A DNA stretch of 64,000 nucleotides from Tubulanus polymorphus (lineage: Eukaryota > Animalia > Nemertea). How positions within the stretch are numbered: position 1 is the first letter of the stretch; every line of letters starts with the position of its first letter. Made by a program: the position numbers and the translations under genes. The stretch is from positions 18,049,653 through 18,113,652 of the forward strand of contig NC_134028.1 of assembly GCF_964204645.1 (NCBI RefSeq). The letters are read 5' to 3'. Under the pieces are notes generated by a model. That model was not told the origin of the DNA. It saw only the letters and a list, made by a program, of their open reading frames with translations, and did no database searches. Below are positions 23,885 to 37,217 of this stretch, in pieces.

Positions 23885-25419
23885 CTTGGAGTAATCATTT
23901 GAATGGAGGTCGCTCGCGCTATTCAAATTCATTGAACGCGCTGTATCGATCATTGAGTGCGATTCGGTTACCAACGCCTTTGCTTCATAGATAGCATCGT
24001 TTTAGAGGAAGTGCTTTTCTCGGAGCAATCCAATATGCGCACTGTGGTCTCATCGAATATGCCCTAGTTTAGACATGCACAGTGAGCTAATTTGCGACTA
24101 GCGCAAATTTCTTCGCATTTTGGTACAAGTTTTGTGAAAATCGAACAAAAATTACCAGATTTATCGACGATTGATGAAATTATCACTCCTATCAGTGCTG
24201 TAAATTGGTAAGTTCATTTAAATAAGCATAGGTAAAAAAGCCGGACGGTCAACAACGATTATACCATCTTAAAGTCATTGATTTGTGCTATTCAAACCTA
24301 CGTTTCGTTACGTGTTGCATTGCGTCGCAAAAAGATTTCGAGCCCTTGAAAACGCTTAGATACCACCTAGATAATGATAAGTGCAGAGTGTCTTTACTTT
24401 ATTGAAGACCTATCATTACAGAACCCCCAGCCTTATTGCTATTGTTAATTTTTAAGCAATATGTATCCTAGCCTGTATGTAGTAGTATTGTACTGACTTG
24501 TTTTCTTTTTCAAAAGATATATTGTGTATTTTTTTCGTCAATTCAGAATCTATTGATTTTTTGGAAAATCGTAGAAGTGACGCGAATATTCACAGACTGG
24601 AAGTGAATGTTATGGATGGTTAGAACACTTTAGATAAAATTATCTTTCATACTGGAAATACAATATTGCAAAAATGTTTTGCTAATGAATATTTTTCATT
24701 TTGGCTTTTAGGTGAACACCCTTGCAGGATCAGGCTTTGCTGGATAGGTGGGGTGGATCGTGCATTTTATCACAGAGAGAAAGAACCAGATAACAACACA
24801 TCAACGAGGTATAATCGCCATATATATTCTGCTACTGAATTTAAAAATAAATCTTTAGCCTCAAGTTGAAGTTCCTCATATGTGTAGTTTGCTTTGCCTA
24901 AAAAGAAAAATTGTAATGATATAGATATACCTACAATTTGATTACAGGAAAGAATAAATATTTTACATTATACAGTAAATAAAAACTAAACTTACTTTCA
25001 TTCTGCTGTCTTTGAGGTTTTCTCTTATCATTTGATGTAGGTCTTACTTTCCTCGTTTGGCTTGATTTTTCTGGAAACATCTTTCTATCATTGAGAACTG
25101 TTTTCTCTTGCCCGAGATAAATCATAGATGACCTTCTCCATTTTACGATATAATAATATAATAGACCACTCCATTTTCGATGGGGCCTACCTACCTTTCT
25201 TAACAATCATTGCAGAGAAAAACCCCGGCATTTTCCGTCAATATCTTGTAAATAATGAATATCGTAAAAATCTGGCCCATCCCACTCCGACATCGAAAGA
25301 TTTTCAATTGCTCGAATGTTAACTCTGCCTATAACGCGCGCGGGTAGTTGATTGACAGAAACTATGATCCATTCATAGAATGAATGGCGAGCGACCTCCA
25401 TTCAAATGATTACTCCAAG
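23885..25419. mobile_element. Non-autonomous TIR DNA transposon (1535 bp), superfamily unassigned
   Basis: Perfect 33-bp TIR CTTGGAGTAATCATTTGAATGGAGGTCGCTCGC; flanks TAGAC / TAGAA (possible degenerate 5-bp TSD). Confidence 0.85.
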
Positions 25420-26048
25420 TAGAATATCTTTATTTATCATGAATAATCATTTAAACTAAACCACATCGAACCACTATTTTCTTATTCATATCGTGTCAGC
25501 ACCTGGCCGCTTACAATACTGGTAGAGTATACGGTAGTGTTGATTCCTAGATGTACGGCAACGCAAGTCGATTATTACGGAACTCACCACAAGTGTCATA
25601 ACCGATCATAACCCCTACCCCCTTTATCAAATCTTTATCGATTCACTTCAATCGATTTTCATTTTGGTTTTTATAAGGAAACATTGTTAATCGATCAAAA
25701 AATAGGTTTACAAGGACTGCTTCAATTTCTTCGAAAATAGAATGGATGGTTTATTTCAAATAAATTCACTTACGTGAAATTGAGATTTATTGTGTTTACG
25801 CTTTATGGTTATGCAATGAATGTATGGACGGACAAAAAGTGAACACAATAGCCTCCCGAGTCCTGAGCAGGCTGAAAACTGCTTTGTAATTTACCATTAT
25901 ATCCACTTTATAATATCAATTTGGCAGTGACACATATGTACAACCAACTTTGAACAACCATCCTTAAAAAATCTGCTCAATGATGCATCTGAATCAAGAT
26001 GCTTATGATTTATGACATATCAAACATATCATAACTTCCACTACTTAC

Positions 26049-26162
26049 AGCAGGAAATCCATCTTTAACTATTTTACTAGTGGAACTGATGATAATAGGT
26101 GGTGAATCTTGAATGTCAATTACTTGTATTTCAAATGATTGACTGAAGCTGTTCTTTCCATC
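26049..26162 (-). CDS. Cadherin gene 1 exon 8
   Basis: TAG/GTAAG; DGKNSFSQSFEIQVIDIQDSPPIIISSTSKIVKDGFPA (DxQDxPP linker typical of Cad87A/CDHR1/CDH23 EC2-3). Confidence 0.92.
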
Positions 26163-27049
26163 CTACAATTAATCAAAAACATTGAAATAGTGGCATGATG
26201 AGAAGACGTAATCTAAGGGGACCGAATTGTGATAATGAACTAGGTCCTGGGGCACTTGTCCACTCGGTAAAATGCTTGCCAATCTGAAAATGTCAATATT
26301 CAATGGCCTCATCTATTTTTGATAAAAATGACTGACCGATTGATCCGCACTACACATAGTGATCAATGCTTATATAGGAGGTTTTAGACAAATCACTATG
26401 AATTCTGACCATTTTCAAGTTTGTGTCTAGCTATGATTCAACATTGTGCATGATGATCACTGTCGACGCTGGAATTTTCAAAGTCCATGATCTACATGCC
26501 AATTTTGGTCATTTGTACGTATTTCTTATGAGGATATATGATATCAGTACAAAGTAATATTCATCCGCTTACTCATACACGGTTTTTTTCTACCACAATA
26601 TCTATGGCATGCGCAACATGAATTTTAAGAATCCTTATATTTTCAATTCATTTATTAGGAAATAAACCACAAAACTTTAATATTTTGTATTATTGGTAAA
26701 GAAGTAGGCTTACTAGTACACGTGTTCTCAATGGACACCTGCTATTGTACTCCCGTTCATTGATTCTCACAAGCATTAACTGCAGTTACACTAAAGTGAC
26801 GGCTATAATAGCCTCAAGCCTTTAAGTGTGCTTTATACTAATGATAATCTGCAGAAAAAGAATTGGGTTTTTGCAAAGCAGCAAAAACACTCATTACAAG
26901 TCAAAATGCATAAGAATGTTAACAATCATATCTCATTCATATCTAAATTCAGTCTCTACTGGGTTATAAACAATAACAGATATTTAGAAAGTTATGTTAG
27001 GCAGACAAAAAGCAAAAGGCATTTCATTTAGAATAGGGGGTACACTTAC

Positions 27050-27184
27050 ATCTGATATCAATGGCACCTGCCAAATTGTCTTCTTTTCATAATCAAGAGA
27101 TTTATTGAGTACTAATTTACCAATCCATTGTTTATTATTGGAAACATTCCTAATGACTGAAAACTGCTCACACGCTTGCACAGT
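27050..27184 (-). CDS. Cadherin gene 1 exon 7
   Basis: CAG/GTAAG; TVQACEQFSVIRNVSNNKQWIGKLVLNKSLDYEKKTIWQVPLISD (second Cys of the EC2 Cys pair; LDYE). Confidence 0.92.
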
Positions 27185-28100
27185 CTGAAATTAAAAATGA
27201 AAGATAAAAATACAAAAACCAAGAAATATTTGGTAAAACCTTAGGGACTGATTTCATAGACTGGGTATCAAGGGATAAATCATCAACCTGCATGATAACC
27301 ACCATAGTAGCAATGAGAAACCAATGTAATAACTGAAAAATTTCAAAATTTTGCCAGAAAATATTTTGCCCCTACATTATATTCATCTATTTCACATTAT
27401 ATTCATCATAGTATTTGTTGCATCTTCAAGTACCGTCCCTAAGACCATCGGTAGGATTGGGCTTGAGTAATTGCAGACAGTACTGCCACCGAACATCCAG
27501 CAAAACGTATCATGGAGTAAGATTGGCAATGGGTGAATAGAGCTGCTATTAGCCATTCTGTTGTTACAGATATTACAGGTAGGATAAGATCTAAGCTTGT
27601 AAATGAATACTACGTGTAAGACGTGTATTACCGTATAAGAGGATGTATCTGTAGCTAAGGAGCACATTCAATAAAATATTTGTATTGCAGTCTAATTGCA
27701 ACTTAATGCTTTAGATTTTCTCATATTTTTTAGTTGAAATTAATAAGCATGTCTGAACATATCTATTAGCTCTGACCTCTTGTTCAAAGATGCTTGCTGT
27801 CTGTGGTATATTATTAGGATACATAGATTACAACGCTTAGTTATATATCAGAATATGGTATATAGCCCTGCCGACTATTTTCAATTTAACCCTTTCGCTG
27901 CGCAAGATGTTTCGGAAACGTCATATGAGTGACACCTGCTCGTCATTCATCTGTCGACCATCAGCATGTAAGCGCACAGAACAGGCAGCGAATACACACA
28001 TGTGAGACTATCTAGAGCTATCTTATTTCACTTCTTAACAGATGGTGCCTGTGGTTGGCAGCTTAAACATATCGATATCTATCGAAAACGAAACTCGTAC

Positions 28101-28211
28101 CTTTGGTTTTTTAGGATTGGCATCACACTTAACGGAGATAAACTGAGGATTGACTGTATCGACATCTTTTATATTAATATTGTCAAATATAACGCTTCCA
28201 ACTGGTGTATG
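28101..28211 (-). CDS. Cadherin gene 1 exon 6
   Basis: CAG/GTACG; HTPVGSVIFDNINIKDVDTVNPQFISVKCDANPKKPK. Confidence 0.92.
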
Positions 28212-28423
28212 CTGAAAAGAATTTACAAAATTCAACAATGTTATTGTCACTAAAATGTTGCATGTATTCAAGAATCTTATGGGCCCCTAAATGAAATCTT
28301 GGATAAAAAACCGAATAAATTTGCCAGGTTGCCTATGGTTCAGAACCTACTGTATAAAGACAGCAACCTCAATTCAAAATCTATTTTTAATTCAATTTCG
28401 ACAAATATCCTCTGTCACCATAC

Positions 28424-28516
28424 CTCAGACACAGCTACATCATATGTCTCCTTTGTAAATTTAGGAGCCTCATCGTTCACATCTTGTACTATTACTCGAA
28501 TATCGTGTTTAACACC
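28424..28516 (-). CDS. Cadherin gene 1 exon 5
   Basis: TAG/GTATG; GVKHDIRVIVQDVNDEAPKFTKETYDVAVSE (DxNDxxP Ca2+ linker). Confidence 0.93.
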
Positions 28517-28788
28517 CTACAAATGGAAAAAGTAAATCTGATTCAATATGAGCAGCACTATGTTCTAAATGTCATTTGGTTTTCAATTCCATAAGCGATT
28601 ATCAGTACCCCTTTTATTTGACCAAATTTACCAGGGGCCCTTCTGACAAAGAGAAACGCCCAACTCAAATCTAGACTTAAAGATATTTTGAATCCCTTTT
28701 GTGGATCAATTTTTTTCTGAAGAGAGAGCACAAGGCAATCCATGGAGGTTCAAATCTAAATCGCGAAGGTGCAAGTAAACTTGCTTAC

Positions 28789-28848
28789 CTGTGCTCCTCT
28801 GTGTTCAGCATCATACAACCAAACGGATACATCTATAACATTTTCTTT
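28789..28848 (-). CDS. Cadherin gene 1 exon 4
   Basis: CAG acceptor and GTAAG donor; KENVIDVSVWLYDAEHRGAQ; phase 0-0; fills the F strand of EC1. Confidence 0.85.
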
Positions 28849-28960
28849 CTGGAAGATATATCAATTTATCATAATTGTCTCAATATTTTCTGCAGTGCAA
28901 ATAAAAATATTCCTCCCTAAAACCAAATCAACAAAAGATTTCACAGATATCATTCTGGAA

Positions 28961-29279
28961 ATAATGATAATAATATGTGTTTCATATAGCGCTAAATCCA
29001 GCCAGGCTGCTCAGAGCGCTTAACATTTTCGGTATTATTACCCTGGCCAATCTTATAGTCTAACATGTATCAGTCATCTCTCCCTGGGGAGAAGTAACAC
29101 CGAGCTGCTAACAAGTGCTCAGGAGTCATCTATCAGGCCAGGTACCCATTTACTCCTGGGTGGAGAGAGGCAATGAGGATAAGTGTCTTGCCCAAGGACA
29201 CTACGGCAATGTACGGGGTTCGAACCAACGACCTGGCTTCCCAGAGCCCAACGCTCTAACCACTCAGCCACACCGCTCC
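28961..29279 (-). mobile_element. tRNA-derived SINE with a conserved central (Deu/Nin/CORE-like) domain and an L2-like tail
   Basis: A box TGGCTGAGTGG, B box GGTTCGAACCC, central GTGTCCTTGGGCAAGACACTT...CCACCCAGGAGTAAATGGGTACC, and tail AAGCGCTCTG...GCGCTATAT...(TTA)n. Confidence 0.85.
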
Positions 29280-30035
29280 ACAATTTTAAATCTTAAAACA
29301 AGAAACAAAATTCTCAATATGGACTTTCCTAAATTTACATGAGAGTAGGTTTAATGAGCATCAAAATTGAACATTGGTAGTCTAGATTAGAGTTCAAAAG
29401 CAGAACCAATGAAAAATAGTTAAAACTATTCAATTGAATTCAAATGATGGGAGAAGACTGACTTTTTACAGACAATTAGATCGAAAATAATGACGGAAAA
29501 TATCAATGAATAATGAATGGAAACGCATACCAATCTTTAGCATAAAGTTTTTGGCAGAATTTCAGAGAATCTGTCCTCCAAGTAATCAAAAAAGCCTAAG
29601 ATGCCCCCCTTGATTGAATCGAGAAGTTTTCATGAAAATTTCTCTATATCTGTCTTGATGTGATCTTCATCACACACAGCTGCATGATGATTCATCATGA
29701 ATATACATGGGAGTGGGTTATCTCCACTTACTAAATAGACACTCTCCATGTTCATGTGTGACGATTTCTATACACTGTGTATGAAGTTTGTTAGATAATT
29801 TATTTTCGTAAAATTGAACAATTCCCGAGATTCACTCCCCTTTCCCAATTTTACTGCCCTTCTATAAAATTCACTGCTTTTCATAGCCGGCCTCGACAAA
29901 CATAAAAGGGCATGTGTTCTTCGAAATGAAATGTAGTTCCAACATCAAATAAATAACCAAATTAATAAAACGCAATGGATTCCGATGAAATTTTTCGCGA
30001 CGATACTGTCTGTTCATATAACCACCTGCTGATTT

Positions 30036-30300
30036 CTGCGGCCAAGCCAATCATCAGTAATCTTTGCTTTATGATTTGCTTTTTAAAACTGTAATTTTTT
30101 ACTTCAGATTTCTGTGAAAAAGCTCATCTTTTTCAAAATCCTGCTCCCTACAATTTAGAGAATGGATAATGCTTTTATGAATGATTTGCATGAATATATG
30201 CTCAGTTGCACAGTTAAAGGGCAATTCCTCTGGAAACCATGTCATTAAAATTTGCTCCATTTGTATAGTAATAGGCTCAGCCGACAGCGGGCCTAATAAA
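30036..30300 (-). mobile_element. HINE family B 5' fragment (related ends near 30640 and 35111)
   Basis: Same TTAGGCC-GCTG/CAGC-GAGCCTATTACTATACAAAT end as the elements at 5019 and 9378. Confidence 0.65.
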
Positions 30301-31166
30301 ATCACTCGCAAGCGTTGTAATAGCATCGTGAATAACCGACAAACTATTTTCTATGAAATTTTTCGATGAAGCAAGTAATTACACCAGTAGGACTGGGCCA
30401 TACATGACATGAATTGAATTTGCAGCGAATTAGAAGTCGATGCGCACCTTTATATTTTTTAGTGTTCCGAAAAATGCAAAAATACGTTTTCATCAATTCG
30501 GCAAACTAACTTCAACTAAAGAACTGATGAATTTTGTCACTCATCAATTGACGTTCACGAACCTCTTTTATCTGGACACTATGTCATGAGAATTCGCTCT
30601 ATTTGTATGGTAAATGGCTTAGCCTATGGCTGACCTAACAATAATAATGAACATTTATAAAGTGCTTCCCATGAGAAGTTTACCTGTGCTGAGTAATTCA
30701 TAGTAACTATGAAATGTTATAATGAAGGTTTCAACTGGTTGATGCTGTGATGGGCCGGGTTTATCACAGTCCAGCTCTGTCATAGCTAAAATTTTAGTGT
30801 TCGAGTCCGTGCACCTCAATATAGTGTTACCGGGTGATACCGGAAGTGGTTCTCTCTTGTTACAGGAATAAATAGAAGCAGGTTAAGTGATTTCTTTTGT
30901 AAGTGTAATCTATTGTAATCCGTCTCTTTTAGAGGATTTCCTTTGTGCCCTATTGTTACCGAACAATAGGGGCAAAACCATTACAATGCTGTGAATATCT
31001 CGAAGAGTATGATCAACATTGTTCCAAAGAGAAGAAGCTATTGCAAGAAAATAGTGTCCACCAAATGTAGCTAGGTTAAAATGATACTGTGTCAGTAAAT
31101 TTCGAGATGATGATCAGTGAGAGTGAACCGTAGCATAACGAACAAGTAGATCCTGTAGGCAGATTG

Positions 31167-34100
31167 TGATACAATATCTGAATTGTAGTGTAGCTTAGTT
31201 TTGTATACTATGTACAAATGGCAGTACTGTAGTAAATAAAACAGTTATCGAAACATGGTGGCAGTGGTGTCGAAAATTTCTCGTATGCTTACGTAGAGCT
31301 CGAGAGTGTTTACTGGCTGAACATGAATGAACAACTAAAAGACTATATGTCATCATGCGATATTTCCGAGAGAGAGATGCAAAACAGCACAAAGAAACCA
31401 TGCAAAAGGAAACCGTATCGCGACCCTGGGCAAAAATAGGTGGTGACCTGTGACCTATTCGAAAAAGACAGGGCAGATTGCCTGATAACAGTCGATTATT
31501 TTAGTAATTACTGGGAGATAGACTGATTATTATGGAAGACCTCAGACGACATACGAGATATAACATACGAGATATGAGATGCAACATACGAGATACGACA
31601 TATGACATACGACTTATTTACAGTACGGGTGTCCGTCCGCTAGCGCCACCGCAGTGTATATTTTTCAACTTTGCCTTTTTCATGAACACTCGATTAGTAT
31701 ATTCGAGTATGCAAGACGTTTTTATGAGCATGGATTATGTCATAATCCGTTATTTTTATGAACATTGATTATCATAATCGATTAGCATACTCGCTCGGCG
31801 AGCAAGTATGCCGATTATCTAATCCAACCGATATGGTGTTCTCGGTAGAAGTCGCTGCTGAGTTAGTCAGTAACCTGTCTGTGGTTTAGTTTCACGATCG
31901 GATATTTTCACAAACCACAGTCAGGAATGGGAAGGTCATTTTTGTATGAAATCTTCGTCAGCCAATTTGACTGACGAGTAATTTGCCTGGCATTTCATTG
32001 TCTCTTAAGATATCCGTCTAATTTTTGTTGTAATCGACGCACAACAGATTCGTAGTTTGTCTGATACCTATAACACCTCACCTGACGATCTTAATCCACG
32101 TGCAAATCGGCCGTAAAGTGAGAGTAAATTTCCGTCGGGTCAACAGCTGCCATTTTGAAAATTACTGGAGGTGCTGGCACCTGTGGACTGAGGCCAAGAC
32201 AACAGCACAAACTAACGAAGCGAAACGACGAAATTGAAAAAAATTAAGAAATCAACACTTATTCACATTTTTCTTTTACCAGAATTTATTATTTCATTAT
32301 TTATTATGGAAAACACGAAGATTTGAAATATAAGTTGGAAAACCATCAAAAATAAAAATTGTCGTTTCGTCTTGGAAGTTTTTATATAAATCCTTGTAGG
32401 TCCCCTTGTCTTATCATGCCACATGTGCAATACAGAGAAATGGCGGCCAATGGCGAAATTGGTGGAGAAATTAATTAATTTCTCAAAATAATGTTGATTA
32501 ACCACTCGAAACATACATAAAATTGGATTATTTCGAAAGGTACCTGTGTAAGTTTGTGAATTAAGCCATTAATTGTGGACTGAAGTGAATAGAAAGTATA
32601 TTTTTTAAGTGTTACTTTTTTCAACCGAGTTTTGGTCCTTGTCATCCCTAACGTTGGTATAAGCCCATCCGATTATAAAAAGCTTACCACCAACGATTAG
32701 GTAACTAACTACTGCTGAGTAGGCCATAATTGAATAATTTCTACCTGGCGTTTTTATCAACCAACATACCCGGTTATGCTAATTGACACTAATCGGCTAT
32801 ATAATCTAAATAGCTAATCTATTTCGATTTTGCTGGTTCATAAAAAGGCGCTCCTCTCGGCGTTGCGGCGTATACCACGACACGTGCGCAGGCAGTGGCG
32901 TATACATTAACTATGAATATCAATATAATCAGGCAGGGGTGTCAAACAGCGGAGGAGGGGTACAAGGGGGCCGGGATTTCCGGCTGTGGATTTAGAATTT
33001 TGATTTCTGATGCAGAAAAGCCGGCGGTTACGGCGGGCGGTGAACAGTAGTTATTTTTTCTGCAGGCGGTGAGTAACAGGAACCCCGGCTCCTGAACACC
33101 TGGCCGTTTTCAGACCAAAGGAAGACAAGAAATAGCATAATATTATGAACTTGAACAGTTTGATATCGTTTTAGTTTTGTGATTTGAAAAACCTTTCGTC
33201 GCCCGCGGGAGAGGAACGGCCGGCGCGCCTAGTCCAGGGTGTTCACAGTATGGCCTAATCGTTGTGTCCGGTCCAGGTGTCCATTATCCAAAAGAAATCT
33301 ATTTCTGGTTTGAATAAAATGTTGACTATGTTGGTTTTCATATAATTGACGATAACTGTACGCGTCACCATGTTAAACGATTTATATGCAGTAAATATTG
33401 AAAAAACATACACTGCGGTGGCGCTAGCGGACGGACAACCGTAATGTAAATAAGTCGTATCTCGTATGTCATATGTCGTATCTCGTATGTTGCATCTCAT
33501 ATCTCGTATGTTATATCTCATATCTTGTATGTCGTCTGAGGTCTTCCATAGATTATACTCCACGAATTCGAACGCGGTCTTAAGTAAACTGAAGGCTCAT
33601 TTGGCAAGATTTGGTATTCCTGATATCTTGGTCAGTGACAATGGACCTCAGTTTGTCAGCAACATTTCAAAAACTTTAGAATAAATGGGAGATTGAACAC
33701 CGAACTATCTGTCCATGGAATAGTCGTGCAAATGGTCAAGCTGAATCAGCAGTAAAAACAGCGATAAGATTTCTGAAAAAAGCTAAGCGATCCAGTAGTG
33801 ACCACTATTCAGCGTTGTTGGACTATCGCAGAATCTGAGTTCAGTACAACGTATGTTTAACCGTCGAGCGAAAACATTACTACCTATTAGAAAAAATCTA
33901 TTGCAAACGACTATTACGTATCTGAATCTGTCATAGAATAAGCAAAGGCAGGAGAAATATTACAACAAAGGCGCAAAAGACCTAAAACCGCTCAACGAGG
34001 GAGATAGGGTCTACATCCAACCTTAGACTAGACAAGAACTGTGGAACCAGCTAAAATCATTGATAAACTAGACGATAGATTGTATCTTGTAGAAACCAAA

Positions 34101-34600
34101 AATGGTGTGACACATGCAACAAAAATGCATTAGCGAGTAAAATGCCTAACATATTTAAAGTTCTGGAAGATGGCGTATGAATCGAATTCGAAACTACACC
34201 TGTAGAAACAACGCCCGTCATGTCATGAATTAATTATCATCAGATTTATTAGTAGTTAGTGAATAGAATTATAATAGACTTAATAAATGTTTAGCAAGTA
34301 GAAAGTGAAATTCAACGATGACAGTTAAATGGAAAATTTATTCAGCACATGCTCAAATCAAAAAACTTTCTGAACTTGTTCAAATTCTCTATAATCTAAA
34401 TTTAATCAAAAGTGTAATTTTTGGAATGAACATTTTTAACTTTGAAGAGGGGCTGTTACAATACCCAAATTGTAGTGTAGCTAAGTTTTGTATACTATGT
34501 ACAGATGGCAGTACTGTAGTGCATAAACGGGTAGTCCAATGGCTAATGAGGAGTTAAAGACACGTTGTTGATTTTGTCGTTACAAATAAAACAGTTATCT
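31167..34600 (+). mobile_element. Internally deleted Ty3/Gypsy LTR retrotransposon
   Basis: Homologous LTRs at 31167-31255 and 34454-34600, PBS TGGTGGCAG at 31256, PPT GAAGAGGGG before 34454. Integrase remnant RPWAKIGGDL, ITVDYFSNY, ARFGIPDILVSDNGPQF, ANGQAESAVK. Confidence 0.85.
31531..33550. mobile_element. IS3EU-like non-autonomous DNA transposon (2020 bp) inserted in the Gypsy integrase
   Basis: ~135-bp TIRs starting TATGGAAGACCTCAGACGACATAC, with short internal repeats; 6-bp TSD GATTAT (31525-31530 and 33551-33556). TAY..RTA termini with a 6-bp TSD are the IS3EU signature. Confidence 0.85.
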
Positions 34601-35309
34601 CTGCGGCTAAGCCCATCTAAGACGAGTCTTTGCTTTCCGATTGGCTTTTTAAAGCAGATATTTTTGCGGCCAGAATTTTGTGAAAAAGCTCATATATATT
34701 TTCACGAGGCCTCTTTCAAAATTCAGCTTCATAGCGGTTGGAGAATGGATAATGCTCTTATGAATGATTTGTATGTGTTGAATTAGAATCTGCCATGACG
34801 GGAAACTTGAGTCACCATCTATGTCTCTTGACATAGGATCAAAGAAAGGAACTAAAAGGACATCTTCTTTCTATGACAACTACTCGTTAACTGAAGTTTA
34901 TTTCATCAGGTCAACATCTGGTTCCATGCACATGCGTTACAGAGGAAGCGCGGGGAAAAATATCACACCAGTACTATTCTATTAATAGTAGAGGTCATTC
35001 TCAACAGTATGAATATATGCTCAATTGCACAGTCAATGGGCCTTAGCTCTGGAAACCATGTCATTTAAATTCGCATTTGTATAATAATAGGCTCAGCCTA
35101 CGGATGGCCTAACCAGGAAGGCAGAAACCCGTTGTCACTGCTTTTCAGCTATATTTTGAAACTCTTTTTTTGTTTGTAAAGGTCTTTTATGACAGTTTGG
35201 CATCAGGCATTGTGTCAATAGAATATCAAGCTCTCATACAACAAACAAGGCCTACATGGAGGATGAGGATATTTTTTAGCCTGTGCATCATCACGGTAGG
35301 TTTACATAC

Positions 35310-35440
35310 CTCATAATCCAGTTTCCTTATGAGTCTAACTTCACCGTTATTTCTATTCACACGAAATGAGTCAGAATCGATGCCATAACTCACACTTCCT
35401 CCATCCGGATCTTTTCCTTTCAAAGTGTAAACTATTGAGA
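35310..35440 (-). CDS. Cadherin gene 1 exon 3
   Basis: TAG acceptor and GTATG donor; FSIVYTLKGKDPDGGSVSYGIDSDSFRVNRNNGEVRLIRKLDYE (DxD and LDYE cadherin motifs). Confidence 0.93.
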
Positions 35441-35495
35441 CTACAATGTAAAAGTAGATTTAAGGTCATTGACAAATCGGATTTAAAAAAACATA

Positions 35496-36846
35496 AAACT
35501 AGGGGTCCAGGACACCATGCCCACTTGGAAAATAGTTTCAAAAGCTCAACAATCTAACAATTTCAATATTCAATGCCCGCTAGTGACAATATACAAAAAC
35601 CAAAAGACCTTTAAACTCACCCCAATCATAGAACATGTCAGCAGCTAGAATTTTGCAATTGATTGTGATAACAATATATGCTTGGTACCAATATAATATG
35701 GAAATACAAAGTTATTCTACTATTCACAGACCTGCCAACCCCAGAAATATGTTGTCAGTATATATTTTTGAGTTTGTCAGTATTCTCTTGAGTTTGTCAG
35801 TATTTTCTCAGTGACGCGACCCGAAAAAAAGCTTCCAGTTCTCTTCCAAATTTCTAACCAAAACATTGTAAGAGTTAATGCTATCACTTATATTAGAATT
35901 AAATAATTATCAATATCAATATATTATACTAAAAAAGAAAAAATCTTAAAAAAAAGAATCTTTTAAGAAATTTGATTTCTGTATTTTACAATATCTAATT
36001 CAAGCAATTTTTTCAAGTCAAAATGTGTTTGCGAATTAAAACTATCAATTGAAGGTACTGAATAAACTCTTCAATAGATAGTGTATGTTAATTCTAAATC
36101 TTATCACCTTATTAATTCATAGGCCCTTATTACAATTAATGATTCATAAATGTATTAACATACTAGCTATTTCAAGATTCTGTTATACCTGAATTAACAC
36201 AATCATAGAACGTGATAGAACATGAATATGTCATGAGCTACATCTTTGCAATTGATTGTGGTAACAGAATATGCTTGGGTATCAATATAATGTGGAAAAA
36301 CTTTTTCCATCTACGATTGAGAACTGATGACACCAAGATGGCCGCCAATTACGTAATGATTGGCTGATCAAAAATACCTGTCTCAAGTATTAAAGATCAA
36401 TTTCCATAGAATAGCCATCACAAATTTCAATGAAAAATGGTAAACCAGTAGGAATCTACAGGACTCCGAATTCGGGCCAAAATTGACATTTTTGGGCCAA
36501 AAAAGGTCAAGGGACGACCATCTTGACTTCGATCAACCCAATTTTCTGCTGATGAACCTTCGGGGGATACAAATAAATACGAGATATCAAGACAATTGAT
36601 TAAAGCTTCTTCAAACTTTCCTATGGAAACTTGAAAAATGTGTAAAAAGTGCTGATTTGGCGAACAATAATGGTTGCCAGTCAGCCATCTCGAATCTGAC
36701 AGGGCCAGATGTGTCTAGAGTAGGAACATGTGTAACCGAAATATAAAGACATTGCATTGAAGTGTCTTCAAAACTTCTCAAAATATTCCGTCTACGGACG
36801 GACGGACCGATGGATGACTGGGACGAAAGTCCCGAGTGGGCTAAAA
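35496..36846 (-). mobile_element. HINE family A copy, interrupted by a hAT-like fragment starting CAGACCTGCCAAC at 35726
   Basis: Both family A ends are present in reverse orientation. Confidence 0.75.
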
Positions 36847-36940
36847 ATGTTGTATTTCTCAAGTCACACATGGGTACTGAAAGAGTTACAGTGTATTCTG
36901 ATTAGGTATATGTCTATCAATTGTTAACTTGACTTAACAA

Positions 36941-37104
36941 CAGTCAACCCCCGATATACCACCCTCCCATATACCACCACCCTGCCTACTGCCAGGTTTT
37001 CTATATGTACATCTCTACACAAATACATAGTTAAACACCGCCCTACTCTCTTTACCGCCAAAATCATTCTGCACCAATGTGGGCGGTATATCGGGGTTTG
37101 ACTG
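36941..37104. mobile_element. Tc1/mariner (pogo/Tigger-like) MITE
   Basis: TIRs CAGTCAACCCCCGATATACC / GGTATATCGGGGTTTGACTG; right flank TA. Confidence 0.75.
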
Positions 37105-37151
37105 TATATTATAATTAGTAAAACATAAATATTTGGAGAACGTAAACTTAC

Positions 37152-37217
37152 AGAGGTCCGTAGATTCTGGTATTCGCAATCGGTTCATATTATCTATGAA
37201 AATTGGAGCTCTTCCAG
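37152..37217 (-). CDS. Cadherin gene 1 exon 2
   Basis: TTTACAG acceptor and GTAAG donor; encodes AGRAPIFIDNMNRLRIPESTDL (start of EC1, PxF and PE motifs); phase 1-1. Confidence 0.88.
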
